This document shows positions 48,847 through 60,446 of a stretch of 64,000 nt of DNA, piece after piece. The DNA comes from Fimicolochytrium jonesii. Lineage: Eukaryota. Numbering within the stretch: position 1 is the first letter of the stretch; each line of letters begins with the position of its first letter. A program made the position numbers and the translations under genes. Under the pieces are notes generated by a model, which was given only the letters and a program-made list of their open reading frames with translations, was not told the origin of the DNA and made no database searches. The stretch covers positions 682,001-746,000 of the forward strand of contig NW_026515671.1 in assembly GCF_025526975.1 (NCBI RefSeq). The letters are read 5' to 3'.

Positions 48847-50583
48847 ATGAGCGAACAAGTCACTCAAGCCCCGGAACCGGAAGGCTTTGTTAACGGAACT
48901 CCCACGATCCAGACTGCGGTTCGCACTTCGGGAAGCCAGGACCAGGGATCTCCGACACCTAGTGCTACGAACGGCATGAGCCCTCATAACCTCAACTCGC
49001 TTAGACCGCCAAAGTATATTCTTGATACCAAAGTGACCGCACCATGTCACCACGTTCCCGGCAGAAAGGACGGGAAGCCTTGTAACAGGTGCCGACAGAA
49101 CGCCTGGGAAAAAGAACGTCGTGAGCTTGCTCGGTCTGAGCGCAGGCGCGCTTCTGGCAGCAACTCGGCAGCCGCTTCTCATAACATTCCCCAAGGTTCT
49201 CATTCCATCCCTGGCGGGGCGTACTCGCAGGGAGGTTACACTGGCAGCCCATCGAACTTTCCTGCCACTATTCCCATCGCAAACAAACGCGAACGTGGCG
49301 CCGATTCTGGAGAGGCTAGCCAATCAAGACGAGGCACCAGAAACCACCACCATCATGAATCCCAGGCAGGTCAAGAAGCTGGTCCTAATAAGCGTGCCAG
49401 GCGCGTGCCTACCGAAGAACGTTCGAAAGAGCTGGATCAAGCGGCCTCGCGCGTCTATATTGTACGCCAGGACCTTACTCCCGCTCTGAAGAAAGAGCTT
49501 TTGCGATGGGACAACCATCAATTCACTCGTAAACTCACCACCCGGCGTTTGGAGCTCTTGCAAACCTTTGAGTTCTATTTCTGCTACGGCATCTCGTGGG
49601 AAGACATCCTCGAGAGTGCTGAAGCTCCTTCCACACGCCCACCTGGCTGGGAGGAAGCAAACGCCAAGACCCTTCAGCAAGTCGATGACAAGCGCTTCTT
49701 CATGTTTGTGCAATCTCAAGAGACGACGGCCTGGATGCAAGTTCTCGCCAAAGCTGAAGGCTTAGTCGGAAAGGATCTGGAGCTGATGGCTTGTGGTGCT
49801 TCGCAGGAGCTCGCCTTGCAGATGTGCGATCCTCAGAGGCAAGATATCGATGACGGTGAAGATGATTTCGCTCAGTCTGTCAAGGAAGGTTGCCGTGGAG
49901 GGTCCTTTCAAGTCGGTGTGGTACTTCCTCAGGGCAGTGTCAGACTCGGCCATCAACGCCTGCGTGCGCCTCGTCGTTACCCTGACATGGACCTTACTCT
50001 CGCCGCCGATCGTATGCTTGACAACGCGGGAACCGAAGCCGTCCTGCAGGAGCTTTCTGATATTTACCAGATGTTCCTTCCTACTTCGTGGACTCGCGCT
50101 CAAGAATGGAAGCAGATCGCCGCTAGCTACGTACCAGCCCCACTCTTCCTTCCCCACCTTACCGCCTCATGGAACACAAATCCCAAGTGTCATCGCGACC
50201 CACCCAATCGTATCCAGAGCTTGACCTACGTCCACGGACCCTTCACTGGCGGCGACTACGCATTCCCAGCCCTCAACTTCCGCACGAAAGCCTTGTCTGG
50301 CACGCTCTTGTGGGGCTGGACGGACATCCTCGAGTACTACGTCTGCGACTGGTCATACCAGTGGCGCCCGAACGTCAAGGGTTACCGCGCATCCTGGATG
50401 CTCACGTTGTCGGCGGACATTTACGATGAAGTCATGTCTTGCCCCGCTGCCCGCGATTCCGGCGTGAAGAGTTTCTTTGACTTTGACAAGTTGTTTGAGC
50501 CGAATCAGCTATTCGATTGGGATGCTGTGTATGATTTGACGGGCGGGACGAGAGCCGACTTGGAGAAGGTGTTGATTAGGTAA
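48847..50583 (+). CDS. 578-aa protein with an uninterrupted CDS, an N-terminal Cys/His motif and a C-terminal TET/JBP-like 2OG-Fe(II) dioxygenase fold
   Basis: CHRDPPN (HxDxxN), GPFTGGDYAFPAL and RAS (RxS) follow the double-stranded beta-helix order. The distal His position reads Tyr (LEYYV). N-terminal CHH-x9-CNRC motif. Confidence 0.7.
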   Translation: MSEQVTQAPEPEGFVNGTPTIQTAVRTSGSQDQGSPTPSATNGMSPHNLNSLRPPKYILDTKVTAPCHHVPGRKDGKPCNRCRQNAWEKERRELARSERRRASGSNSAAASHNIPQGSHSIPGGAYSQGGYTGSPSNFPATIPIANKRERGADSGEASQSRRGTRNHHHHESQAGQEAGPNKRARRVPTEERSKELDQAASRVYIVRQDLTPALKKELLRWDNHQFTRKLTTRRLELLQTFEFYFCYGISWEDILESAEAPSTRPPGWEEANAKTLQQVDDKRFFMFVQSQETTAWMQVLAKAEGLVGKDLELMACGASQELALQMCDPQRQDIDDGEDDFAQSVKEGCRGGSFQVGVVLPQGSVRLGHQRLRAPRRYPDMDLTLAADRMLDNAGTEAVLQELSDIYQMFLPTSWTRAQEWKQIAASYVPAPLFLPHLTASWNTNPKCHRDPPNRIQSLTYVHGPFTGGDYAFPALNFRTKALSGTLLWGWTDILEYYVCDWSYQWRPNVKGYRASWMLTLSADIYDEVMSCPAARDSGVKSFFDFDKLFEPNQLFDWDAVYDLTGGTRADLEKVLIR

Positions 50584-51297
50584 ACGGCATTCACTTGATG
50601 GTGATCAGACTATCGATGAAGAAGCCGACTCGGCAGTGCGCGTTCAAAATCGCCATTTCGATCGCAACTATCGTGTCGTCACCGACAATACCCTCATGCT
50701 GGACATGAAAACCCGTTCCATCCACCACTTTCTTGCCTCTTAAGTCCATTGTCTGACAACGTACGGGTCGAACTGCCACATGTGTCATAGCGTTCGACGT
50801 CTTCTTTGTGCCTTCACACGCAATCGCTTGTTTCATCGCCATGTTTCGTCCCGTGGAGTTTTCTCCCTCCGTGCCCCTTTACTGCTTGTTGTTTCTTCAG
50901 TACGTAGTAGTTCCCAAAACCATACCGCCCCCTTCTTGTGTTATCGCTTTGGCCTGCCTTTCGTGTGTTTCCGTCAACACTTGTTTCTTGTGTCTGTATG
51001 TGTCCTAATAGAATTGTTCTTCCAAAATGATGCCGCTTTTCGCAAACCTTGGAAATGCTCTGATGGCTCTTGAGATATTATCGTATGCATTAAATTAGGT
51101 TAGGGCACACATCTAGGCTAATATATGTGTACATGAATGCTGTGGTCCATGGTATTACTTCGTCAAATCGTTTGTGAGGGGGGGCTGTCTTCTCTGCATA
51201 ACGTAAAGTCCGGTCCAGCTCGTCGGACCTACGCCGTTAATCTGGACTTTCATGTCTCTCCCAAGTCCATGTCCCGTCCTCATATCACGAGTCCCAT

Positions 51298-52670
51298 TCA
51301 CAAACAGCCGTAATACGCCGCCTGGGCAAAGATAGCCAAATCAAACACCAGTGTCCCAGCGGATCCTAGCAAATACGGCAAGACCGCCGCAAAGAAGTTG
51401 CTGTCCAGCGCGGGTGTTGTTGAGTGCGGGAGGCGGAGCACAATGGAGCCGCAGTAGAGGATGTTGCCGATGATTGTTAGGGAGAAGACGTAGAGCGAGA
51501 GAGCTTCGGTGGATTTGGTGCGGTGGTTTTCGATTAGCTGTGGGATGCTGGGGTTGGAGAAGGTGAGAGAGTCGGACAGATTTGAGTCAAAGTTTGGTTC
51601 AGCGCCAATGCGCTTAGCCTCCCTTCCATCAAATACTGCGATAGAGTCCTCACCGGCTAGAAAAGTACATCAGTCCCGAAATCCACGCAATAACCTCCCC
51701 GGTATGGGCCACCCACGGATCTTGCAGCTTATCCTGCCCATCACACGATGGCGGTGGTAGTATCGGCGCCGTTCCATCCGGTTGATCTCCCCTCATCATC
51801 AACATTTCCGACGTCGGTGCGGCTTCCACCGACGCAAATACCGCTGCGAGCGCTAAAATCAGAGCCGTGGTGGCTGTTACGCGCTCAAGCACGGTTGGTA
51901 CATGACTGCGACCACCGGCGTAATGCCGTTGAGCTGACCGAGGTTGCGAGGAGCTTTGATGTGGGATGGGGATCTGATGCAGGAGGGGATCCGTCTCGGT
52001 CGCTGTCCTATCTGGGTCGTCTCCCGCAGGTTTCGTAGCAATTTCCTCATCCGCCGCCCTTATCGCAGCCCTGCCAGCGCCGCTCGCATCGTTCGTCTTC
52101 TTGTAGTGGAAGTACTGGACGAATGATGCAATGGACAGAAACACAAAGTATGTCCCACACAGCTTCATGGCGAATGTCTGGCGTGTCATGATCGCTCCAA
52201 TAAGATTCGTCACATCTCCCATAGCCCAGATGCAGAGGAGAGCAAAACTCAGGCCTTCTACGTCGCCGCGCTTGTAGTTCTTATACTGCAACCATCAAGT
52301 CGTTGTTTGAGCTTCGGGTGATTCTGCATCTGCCGGCAAGCCGTGCTTCCAAAGCCGGCGTCCAAGTACTGTCAACGCTAACCATGTGGTTCACATACCA
52401 TTTGTGGCAGTAGGCCTACGAGGAAACAAAACAGTGCAGCAATGCCGCAGGCAAAGGCTTGAATCTCCCTTGGAGTGTGAACACATTCGCCAGCCCAACT
52501 CGCTATCCATTCTACATATCTTCATGGTGAGAAGGGAAGGACAGTCGTAAGCAAGAGAGGACTAGGTTGCGCTGGCCTGAAAGAAAGTGTCGGGCTACTT
52601 TGCATTCTCCTACAAACACTAACCGATAGCCGTCGACGACCGCCGGGTCGCAGACACAGGAAACACCCAT
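51298..52670 (-). CDS. PQ-loop repeat transporter (Ypq/PQLC2-like vacuolar amino-acid transporter)
   Basis: LLPQM/..KNYKRGDVEGLSFALLCIWAMGDVTNLIG and SSR/IPQLIENHRTKSTEALS...LPYLLGSAGTLVFDLAIFAQ. Confidence 0.92.
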
Positions 52671-52966
52671 TCTGTCCGGCGATATGGAGCGTATACGAGA
52701 TATAGAGGAGGACAACTCTTCAGGACCTGGGTAGTAGTCGTCCTGACCCAGTATCCAACGAGACTGAGTTGCCTCTGCGCCTGCCTTCAACAGCCAAGCG
52801 TTGGCAAGAAGTTGAAACTCAGCTCTTATCGACCTCGCTCTGCTATCGGAGTGTCAGCGGCTGCGCATCGAAGTGGCTTGGCCATATCTTTTTGGGCATA
52901 CTATTGGGGTTAGGGTTAAGCTGACCCAAGCACCGCTAACCCAGCCTCCATGACAGCTGTAACGAA

Positions 52967-52987
52967 ATATCTGGCAGCCTGACTGTA
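52967..52987. mobile_element. Solo or degenerate terminal repeat related to the 28949 MITE
   Basis: ATATCTGGCAGCCT (14 nt identical to the MITE TIR) followed by GACTG-TA, a one-base insertion relative to ACTG-TA; no intact partner TIR seen. Confidence 0.55.
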
Positions 52988-53879
52988 GATGGCCCTTTGG
53001 ACATGATGGTTTGGAACATGAGAAAAGGCGTTTTGGAAAAGTGAATGGCCAAATTGAAAGAAGAGCCTTTAGCATGTTTTGCATGATGATTGTAGGGCTT
53101 TCATTGAGATCTTGCTAAAACTAGCTGATAGGAGCATTTCCAATAGTAAAACTTTTCCCGACCATAGTTTATGCATCTCGTACGCTCGAATACGCATCGA
53201 CAGACATACAGTACGTACGTACAGTACGTCCGAGGTCGTCGCATAACAGCCTCCACTTCCGCTGCAATTTCCATAAGCATCCAGAAGCTGCACATGCACT
53301 AGCCATCTCATGCATCAGTTGCACTTGCAGCCAGCTCGCTTGAAGGGACTGATGTCACTGATGACTCTCACACACCGGCTTCGCAACTTCGCAAAGTCCG
53401 CAAGGACGAGCCAAACATGGATCTGCATGGAAGTTGTACATTACACACGGACCTCGAACCTTATCAAATGACGAGCATCCTCCTGAACGGGATGACCCCG
53501 GGGCGCCAAGATGGGACAAAATGGATTCTTCCATTCCTCATCAAGTTCAAACTTGGAACCAATGATGTAATCAATCCCATCCGCCGCGCTCCCGCATTCC
53601 CACCGCCTCATCATCACAAAAACAAGTTCGCCGTTTCCCAAGGCCAAGAACCAAATAAAGGACGCTCAGCGTATGTATGCGCCCCTTGCCAAGGCCATTT
53701 ACGCTGACCGGTGCTATCTACGTGCGCTCCATTTCAACCAATATTGCCACGAGCGCCAACGAATTCTGCGAACCAAAGCCAAGTCATCGTCGTCGAGTCC
53801 CCGTGCACCGCCTCAGCGTTTCCACCGAAACACAACGATCTCCAAGATTTCTAGCCAACGTTTAGTACATCCTGAAGGC

Positions 53880-55095
53880 ATGCCAGAGAGCGACGCTGGG
53901 AGTCGGGTGCATGTGCTCTATGAGTCCCGGTCGAATAGCTTGAAGCACCTTCTGCGAGAAAGTCTTTGGGAATGGGGTAAGACTAGCACAGTTCCGAGTC
54001 AGATCGTATGAGACGAAGGTGATTCTCACCGGTTTTTTCCACACTCGACAGTGGTTCTCATCTTGTTACTCGGGGTCTCTGGTGCCTTGGAGTTCATCAC
54101 GCCATATCAGCGAGTTGCCTTTGCTGGCGATATCAGCATCGCGTACCCGCTCAAAACGCAAACCGTTCCAACGTGGCTCCTGGCTGTGCTGGCTATTGTT
54201 CTACCTTTGGTGGTGATTTTGGTTACGTCGTTAGTCATCAAGAGGAGTGTGTTTGATGCCCATATGTCAGCACTTGGTGAGGATTTTGTATTTCACGTCG
54301 GGATATACGGCATGGTTTGACTGACCTTACCGTGAAACATTGGGTCAATAGGATTATGCGTCTCCTTGATCTTTACCCTCATCTTCACACAAATCGTCAA
54401 GATTTCCGTGGGTAGTCTTCGCCCGGACTTTCTGGCCCGGTGCATCCCGACATGGCAGACGGACGAACTCCTCAAGGTCACTACAGTGGCATCCTGCTCA
54501 GGGTTCGCTGGAGACATCAAGGAAGGGCGGAAAAGCTTCTTCAGCGGGCATTCCAGCTGTAAGTAGTCAATCAGGCATCATTGTATCCCGCGTACACAAG
54601 TATCTCATGATCCTTCCACGTTCATCACTAGTGAGTTGGTCTGGTTTGTTCTTCCTGAGCATCTACCTCCTCCGTCGCCTCAACATCCACCGCAAGCCTC
54701 TAGCACCCAAATACGCCGTAGCGATCATCCCCATCATCCTTGCGCTGTTGATCTCGATATCACGTGTGGATGACTATTGGCACCGATGGGAGGACGTTGT
54801 GATTGGAGCGATCGTCGGCATCGTCATTTCGACCTACTCGTACAGATATCACTGCTGGTTGGCGGAAGAGCTGGTTTCTGACGCGCCAGGTTCCGCAACG
54901 AATCTACTGCCAAATCGACGAGACGGCTCGCACGATACCTCGGTTGATCAGTTCCGGGCGCACTCGGGGACTTACGCGTACCGGCAGGGGGATGACGTGC
55001 GCATACATGTGCCGGATCGGGAAAACTCGAGTCGGAACAACTCGAATCTGGGAGACCGGAACTTCCAGCAAGGTTCTCACCAACCCCGTTCGTGA
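53880..55095 (+). CDS. PAP2-family lipid phosphate phosphatase (Dpp1/Lpp1-like; multi-exon)
   Basis: KISVGSLRPDFLARC (C1), KSFFSGHSS (C2) and SRVDDYWHRWEDV (C3), with TM segments. Confidence 0.93.
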
Positions 55096-55364
55096 TTCTG
55101 TATGTCCTTTCGCCGTATGTCCGTTGCTAATACTCCCTCTGCAACCTCTTGGGACGGATCTATTAGGAGCGCATGAATTGCGACCTCTCTGAACTATAAC
55201 TGAAACTCGAGCCATCATCACGTCCGTCCGTGCTCATACACTTTGCATAGAATGGACCTCGTCGTCGGAGGGAAGCAGTGAACTTCAATCTCCTGTACAT
55301 ATAATAAAGCCTGCTTGGCATACTCGAATGAAGAAAAACTCCCCCTTGCGAAACTGTGCACTGT

Positions 55365-56564
55365 TTACGCTTTCAGAATCTTTTCATTCATAAGTGACGA
55401 TGCAACACTCAGTCTGGCGATCTCTGTCGTTGCACGTCGCAACTGCTTATATGTCTCAATAAGTTCTTCCTCTAAAGCATCTCGTTCTTCCTTGACCTTG
55501 CGAATGGCAACCTCCGGCGGCTGATCATCCGCAGTGATGCACGATATGGATGGGTCGAAGAACGAGGAAGGTTCGAATTCTGGTGAATCTCCCGCGTTCG
55601 CGCTCTCGGCCATGCTGGGTTGGTTCTGCGATGCCTGCATCCCGCGCGTTCCACATCGTGCTTCCTGCATGAGCGCTTCTAAAAAGTCTGTGCCTTTCAA
55701 GCGGCCTTCATCCGAGTTGGTGCCAACCCCCCGTTCTGATCTCGGTCTTCGCTCTGACCGTACTCGTTCATCTTCCTCGATACAGGACGAGTTCCAGTCC
55801 GATGCATGTGTAGCTTCCGCATCGGTTCCTCCATCCAGTCCCGCCCCGTCGATCCCTTCCGCACCGCAGGACGAAGTCTGGTCGGTGTAAACATCATCCA
55901 GCACAACACCCGCACACGGTATCCTACGCCCATTCCCAGCGGGCCTGAAAAAGCTATCATCCACAGCTTCAGACAACCGCATGCCGGATGAGTCATCTCG
56001 CTGCTGCTCGTCTCGGCACCAGGGACACAGCTCACTTCGACATCGCAGGTGGGTTAGCTCACGACGACAGGCGTCGAGCTCCTTTCGTAGTGAAAGTACA
56101 GTGGCGTCCCTTCCATCCATGGTCGAGTCGGCCGATGGGGTACGCACATCTCCCTTCCCCGCATCAGCCTGCCGTCCATCCCGCCCTCCATCAACAACCG
56201 CCCTCCGCAACCCTCTAACTTCTTCCTTCAACGCCGCGATATTCTCGTGCGCCTCTCGTAGCAGACTCTCCATTTGTCGGTACTTGATCTCCAGAGCATC
56301 GCGGTCGCGCCGCATGCGCAGTTCGCGGGGCGTCCATGATGATGTGGAGTCGGAATGGAGTGGTAGTGGATCGACGGGTGGGATGCGGTTGCGGTAGGCG
56401 GAGATGGGTGGTGGTGGTGGTGGTTTTCGGGGTGCTCGTTGTGTTGAAGATGCGATGCTGGTTTTGGTCATCGCTGGTTTGGACAACCGGCTGTTGCTGT
56501 GCATTGGTTCGCTGTCTTTGGGAAGAGTACGCCGTTTGTTGTGAGCTGTCGCTCGTTGCTGCAC
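55365..56564 (-). CDS. Hypothetical protein with coiled-coil segments
   Basis: 399-aa ATG-initiated ORF with heptad stretches (RDRDALEIKYRQMESLLREAHENIAALKEEV; VKEERDALEEELIETYKQL). No family recognised, and the 3-prime end may be spliced. Confidence 0.55.
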   Translation of the reverse strand: MQQRATAHNKRRTLPKDSEPMHSNSRLSKPAMTKTSIASSTQRAPRKPPPPPPISAYRNRIPPVDPLPLHSDSTSSWTPRELRMRRDRDALEIKYRQMESLLREAHENIAALKEEVRGLRRAVVDGGRDGRQADAGKGDVRTPSADSTMDGRDATVLSLRKELDACRRELTHLRCRSELCPWCRDEQQRDDSSGMRLSEAVDDSFFRPAGNGRRIPCAGVVLDDVYTDQTSSCGAEGIDGAGLDGGTDAEATHASDWNSSCIEEDERVRSERRPRSERGVGTNSDEGRLKGTDFLEALMQEARCGTRGMQASQNQPSMAESANAGDSPEFEPSSFFDPSISCITADDQPPEVAIRKVKEERDALEEELIETYKQLRRATTEIARLSVASSLMNEKILKA

Positions 56565-56960
56565 ATGCAGGGGGCCGAGCTTGGTTGGAGGTTGTCTGTT
56601 CCTGTCTGCGACGGTGAAAGGCTGGAAAGCGTGGGAAAGCTAGGAAAGAGGTTTGAATGACAACACACGCGTTCAGCTTTGAATTCAGAGCTTCATGGAT
56701 TCGGAGCCTCCAGGCTCAGCTGCAGGCTCATGAACAAATCAGACAAATCCCAACCGAACCCGAGTATGGATGCAAGATGATCTATGTGTCGCAGGAACAA
56801 TCTCAGCGCCGATATCTATCTGCGCTACGAAGACAGCCCCAAAATAAAAATCTACAATTCCCTCTACAGCGAAGGATGGATGGTGACGCCCCGTCAAAGG
56901 TCCTGCCTGTCCTATGAGCTGCCTACTACGGCAGTACTCCCTCCAATGTCAATAAGCTGC

Positions 56961-58563
56961 TCAGTAGTTCAACGACCTCTTGATGCCGTCCACACAACGG
57001 ATGGCGCTGGGGACGTAGAACTTTTCAAAGACCAAGGGGAAAGGCACGTCCCAGCCGCAGACACGTTGGATGGGAGATTCGAGTCGCAGGAAGCATCGTT
57101 CTTGGATGGTCGCTGCGATCTCGGCACCGAAACCGGAGGTGACGGGGGCTTCGTGTGCGATCAACAGGCGTCCGGTTTTGTTGACGGACTGCGGAATGAT
57201 ATGTCAGTGTGATATCGTAGTGAATCATTCAGGGAGCTGGCGCGACCCACCTTCTCAATAGTTTCCACGTCCCACGGCAGGACGGACCTCAGGTCAATGA
57301 GCTCGACGGACAGACCGGGTATCTCCTTTTCTGCCATTGCGATGGCGGTCTCGAGAACGTATAGTTGTGATCCCCAAGAAACAATTGTAATGTCCTTGCC
57401 TAGTCGAATGGTGGCCGTCAGTAAAGGAATCGTCACACCGCACTTACTCTGCTAAGAAGTGTACCTTCGCGCAAGATCTCGGCCTTCCCTATTGGCAGCG
57501 TGTAATCACCGGTTGGCACTTGCTCGACAGCAGCACGGTACAGAATCTTCGGCTCCATGAACAACACAGGGTTGGGGTCGCGGATGGCAGCTAGTAGAAG
57601 TCCTTTCGCCTGCAATGGGGACCGCGGGACTACCACTTTCAGACCAGGAGTGTGAGCAAAGTACGCTTCCGGACTTTGCGAGTGGTAGTGCCCTCCGTGT
57701 CCGACCGCCATGCACGGCATACGGATGGTCAGGCCTCCACAGTCAAACTGGTTCCCAGATCGATACCGGTACTTTGCCGCCTCGTTCACGATCTGTCGTA
57801 GCAAGCTTTAGTTACTCGCCAAGCGCATTCTGATTTCCGCTCGCTCTGCATGCATACCTGGTCGAAAGCAGGGAAGACGTAGTCCGCAAATTGAATCTCT
57901 GCAATAGCGGTGTGACCCACGGCAGCCATGCCAATACCGAATCCAACCAGGCCCTGTTCCGTCAGTGGGGTGTTGAAGACACGATCTTGCCCTGAAGGAA
58001 TGCGACGGCGTCTCAATAAGACTCGAGGCTATCTCCATACAGAACAACACGCGCACGAACCGTATTTTTCTTGCAAACCCATCGTGCACCTGAAGACACC
58101 TCCGAATCCGACATCCTCACCAAACACCACTGCAGGACGTCAAAGCCGGTTATTAAAGGGCTCAGAGTCAGGTACTGGCTAAAGCTCCCAACACACACCT
58201 GCGTTCTGGTCAGTGGCCAGAGCAATGTCCATAGCCTCGTTGACACTTTGGAACAAGTTGAGCTTCTTGGACTCGGCTGCAGCGAAAAGCGAGTCGAATT
58301 GTAAGTCCTGCAAGTCATCGTATCCACGAGAACGATGGGAGCAACTCACTTCCGGGAGAGCCAAGGAGACCCTTGGTAGCCAGAGCCTGCTCCGTCGTTT
58401 GCTTCATAAACCGACTGGTAGCGACACCTGGCATGAACCCCTCAGCTGGCGGTGGAGTCCCAGCAGGGGAAGCATACCCACGGCGCGCTGGCGCACATAG
58501 CCGGGACTGCCTGAGGAGAGCCAGGCGGGACGCTGCTGCTGCTGCTGCTAGTGTGGAACGCAT
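56961..58563 (-). CDS. BCKDHB: Branched-chain 2-oxo-acid dehydrogenase E1 beta subunit, mitochondrial
   Basis: Presequence [83 protein letters not shown] and [12 protein letters not shown] motifs. Confidence 0.96.
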
Positions 58564-58985
58564 GGCTGTTGTGTTGGGGCGAGTAAGTTGACGGGGCGAA
58601 CGACGGAGATGGGGGTCTTTTTCAGGCGAGACGGAGACGGGAGAGCGAGAGGTCACGACGAAGGTCTCGAGGAGGAGCGTGACTTGCGCGTTGCAACAAA
58701 TCGACAGCGGCGGCCGTTGATGAATGCACTTTGTGGCCGTCGCACAAGCACCGCGCAACCGCGTTTGTTCCTAACCGTGACTTCCCGGCTTCGAGTTCAA
58801 CTTGCAGTATCCCGCTGTGGACAAGTTTTTAAGGTTACTCTGGTCGGCGTTCGTCTGGCGTTCGTACAGTACAGTATATATATATAATAAGGACTGCTCG
58901 TCACCCTTCTTGCGTACGGACGGAGTCGACACAGCGCATATCCGTCCCTTATCTACTACACTCCAACGGAACGCAATCCACCGCA

Positions 58986-59624
58986 ATGACAGTCCGTCCG
59001 AAGCTCACCCTTCAGCCGCTCACCACGGCGGACATCCCCAGAGCGGTCGAGATCGAGCGAGCAGCTTTCGGACCCGGCCCGCTCACCAAACGCTTCTATC
59101 CAAACGGGATGAACGAAACATCTCTCGCCAACCTCAAATATCGTGTCTCAAAAGCGCTGAAAGACCCCACGAGCAACGCACATCCGTGGAAAGTCGTCCG
59201 GGACGATACCGGAGAGATGATCGCGTATGCGATATGGATCAAGCCGTTGACGAAAGACGAAGTGGAGCAAATGATGGAAAAGGCGAAGGTAGACGATCCG
59301 AATGAACCCGTCGATACCGCGGTCAACAAGGAGTTCAAGGCAGCGTTCATGAAGGAGATGTTTGCTTCGCATGGCAGACTCATGGGCGACCGCATGCATT
59401 GGTACCTGCGTCTCATTGCGACACATCCTGATCATCAAGGGATAGGCGCTGGTGCTGTCCTCATTGACTGGGGACTGCAAAAAGCCCGGGAGGACAGCAT
59501 GCCGGCCTACCTGGAGTCTTCAGCTGCTGGCTACCCTGTCTATATACACAAAGGGTTTCGTGAAATCGGAAAAATGACGGTGGACGAAAGTACATCACTG
59601 CCATGCTTGCTATGGGAGCCATAG
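58986..59624 (+). CDS. GNAT-family N-acetyltransferase, intronless
   Basis: HWYLRLIATHPDHQGIGAGAVLIDWG (motif A) and YLESSAAGYPVYIHKGF (motif B). Confidence 0.93.
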   Translation: MTVRPKLTLQPLTTADIPRAVEIERAAFGPGPLTKRFYPNGMNETSLANLKYRVSKALKDPTSNAHPWKVVRDDTGEMIAYAIWIKPLTKDEVEQMMEKAKVDDPNEPVDTAVNKEFKAAFMKEMFASHGRLMGDRMHWYLRLIATHPDHQGIGAGAVLIDWGLQKAREDSMPAYLESSAAGYPVYIHKGFREIGKMTVDESTSLPCLLWEP

Positions 59625-59902
59625 ATAGATAGACCTCTGTACTTTCCTTGCATGTACACTCATCTCTCTGTACGCTTAGATCACACTTGTGGTGGTTCAG
59701 CAGGCATGTGCACACACCACACCACCGAACGGGCGGCATTTGAGAAGTGCATCAGAGGATCCGACCAGGAGACAATGTGAACGTAGAACTTAGACTTCTC
59801 TTGGTACAATCTTCCATTTCATTTCAAGTATGCCAAAAGTGTAAGAGCCAGATCTTATGTACAGCGTGGCCTCCATCATAAGGGTCACATGGCAACCCTC
59901 AT

Positions 59903-60314
59903 TTACAATGTGTTCTGGTGGCTGGCAGCAACCTTCTCCTCGCCATGCTTCTGCATCCCAGGACAGAATGCGGCCCGCCCAGCAAGGCCTTCCGCCTGCC
60001 CTTCCTTCTCCAACAGAGACTTGTTCTCGCGGCTGGCGTTCGATGCGTCGCGGGTAGCTTGCGTGGATTGGTCGGCGGCGCGCATCTCAGCTTCGCCGAG
60101 GGCTTTGTCGTTCTTGCCGGATTCGGTCCATGCGGGGGCGTTCAGCATCGAGCCGACGGTTTCCTGAGACGAGAATGGGGGGGTGAATACATGTTCTCGA
60201 CAAGGCACCTTATGATTTTCAACGCAAACATACCTCCACAGCGCCTTTGACATACTGGACGTGACCGTGCACCAACGAGGGCTGGGCGGATGTGTTGTTT
60301 GCGTTGGAGGCCAT
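59903..60314 (-). CDS. Small hydrophilic CsbD/LEA-like fungal stress or spore protein (2 exons)
   Basis: SLVHGHVQYVKGAVE/ETVGSM...WTESGKNDKALGEAEMRAA...EGLAGRAAFCPGMQKHG; one GT-AG intron; TATA box upstream. Confidence 0.7.
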
Positions 60315-60439
60315 TTTTGTAGTGGTAATGGATCTGATTTGAAGGAATCGAAAGAGCTTCTGTGTTTGCTTCATGTGGTTGCTATTGCGAGAAGGTGGTT
60401 TGGTGGGAAGGGGAGTTTGAAAGGCCTTCCGACCTGGGC

Positions 60440-60446
60440 TTTTATA
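60440..60446 (-). promoter_or_regulatory. TATA box (TATAAAA) of the CsbD-like gene
   Basis: Canonical TATAAAA about 125 nt upstream of the ATG on the coding strand. Confidence 0.55.

Noticed and set aside
50591..50842. 83-aa minus-strand ORF next to the dioxygenase-like gene
   Set aside because: Short, with no recognisable motif; cannot be supported as a third island gene without homology or expression data.
47537..51105. CCCTAACC / GGTTAGGG inverted pair bracketing the island as possible TIRs
   Set aside because: Only 8 bp, no extension and no target-site duplication; the same word occurs in other intergenic regions.
54535..54557. PAP2 C2 motif FSGH instead of PSGH
   Set aside because: A known natural variant in PAP2 phosphatases, so not evidence of inactivation.
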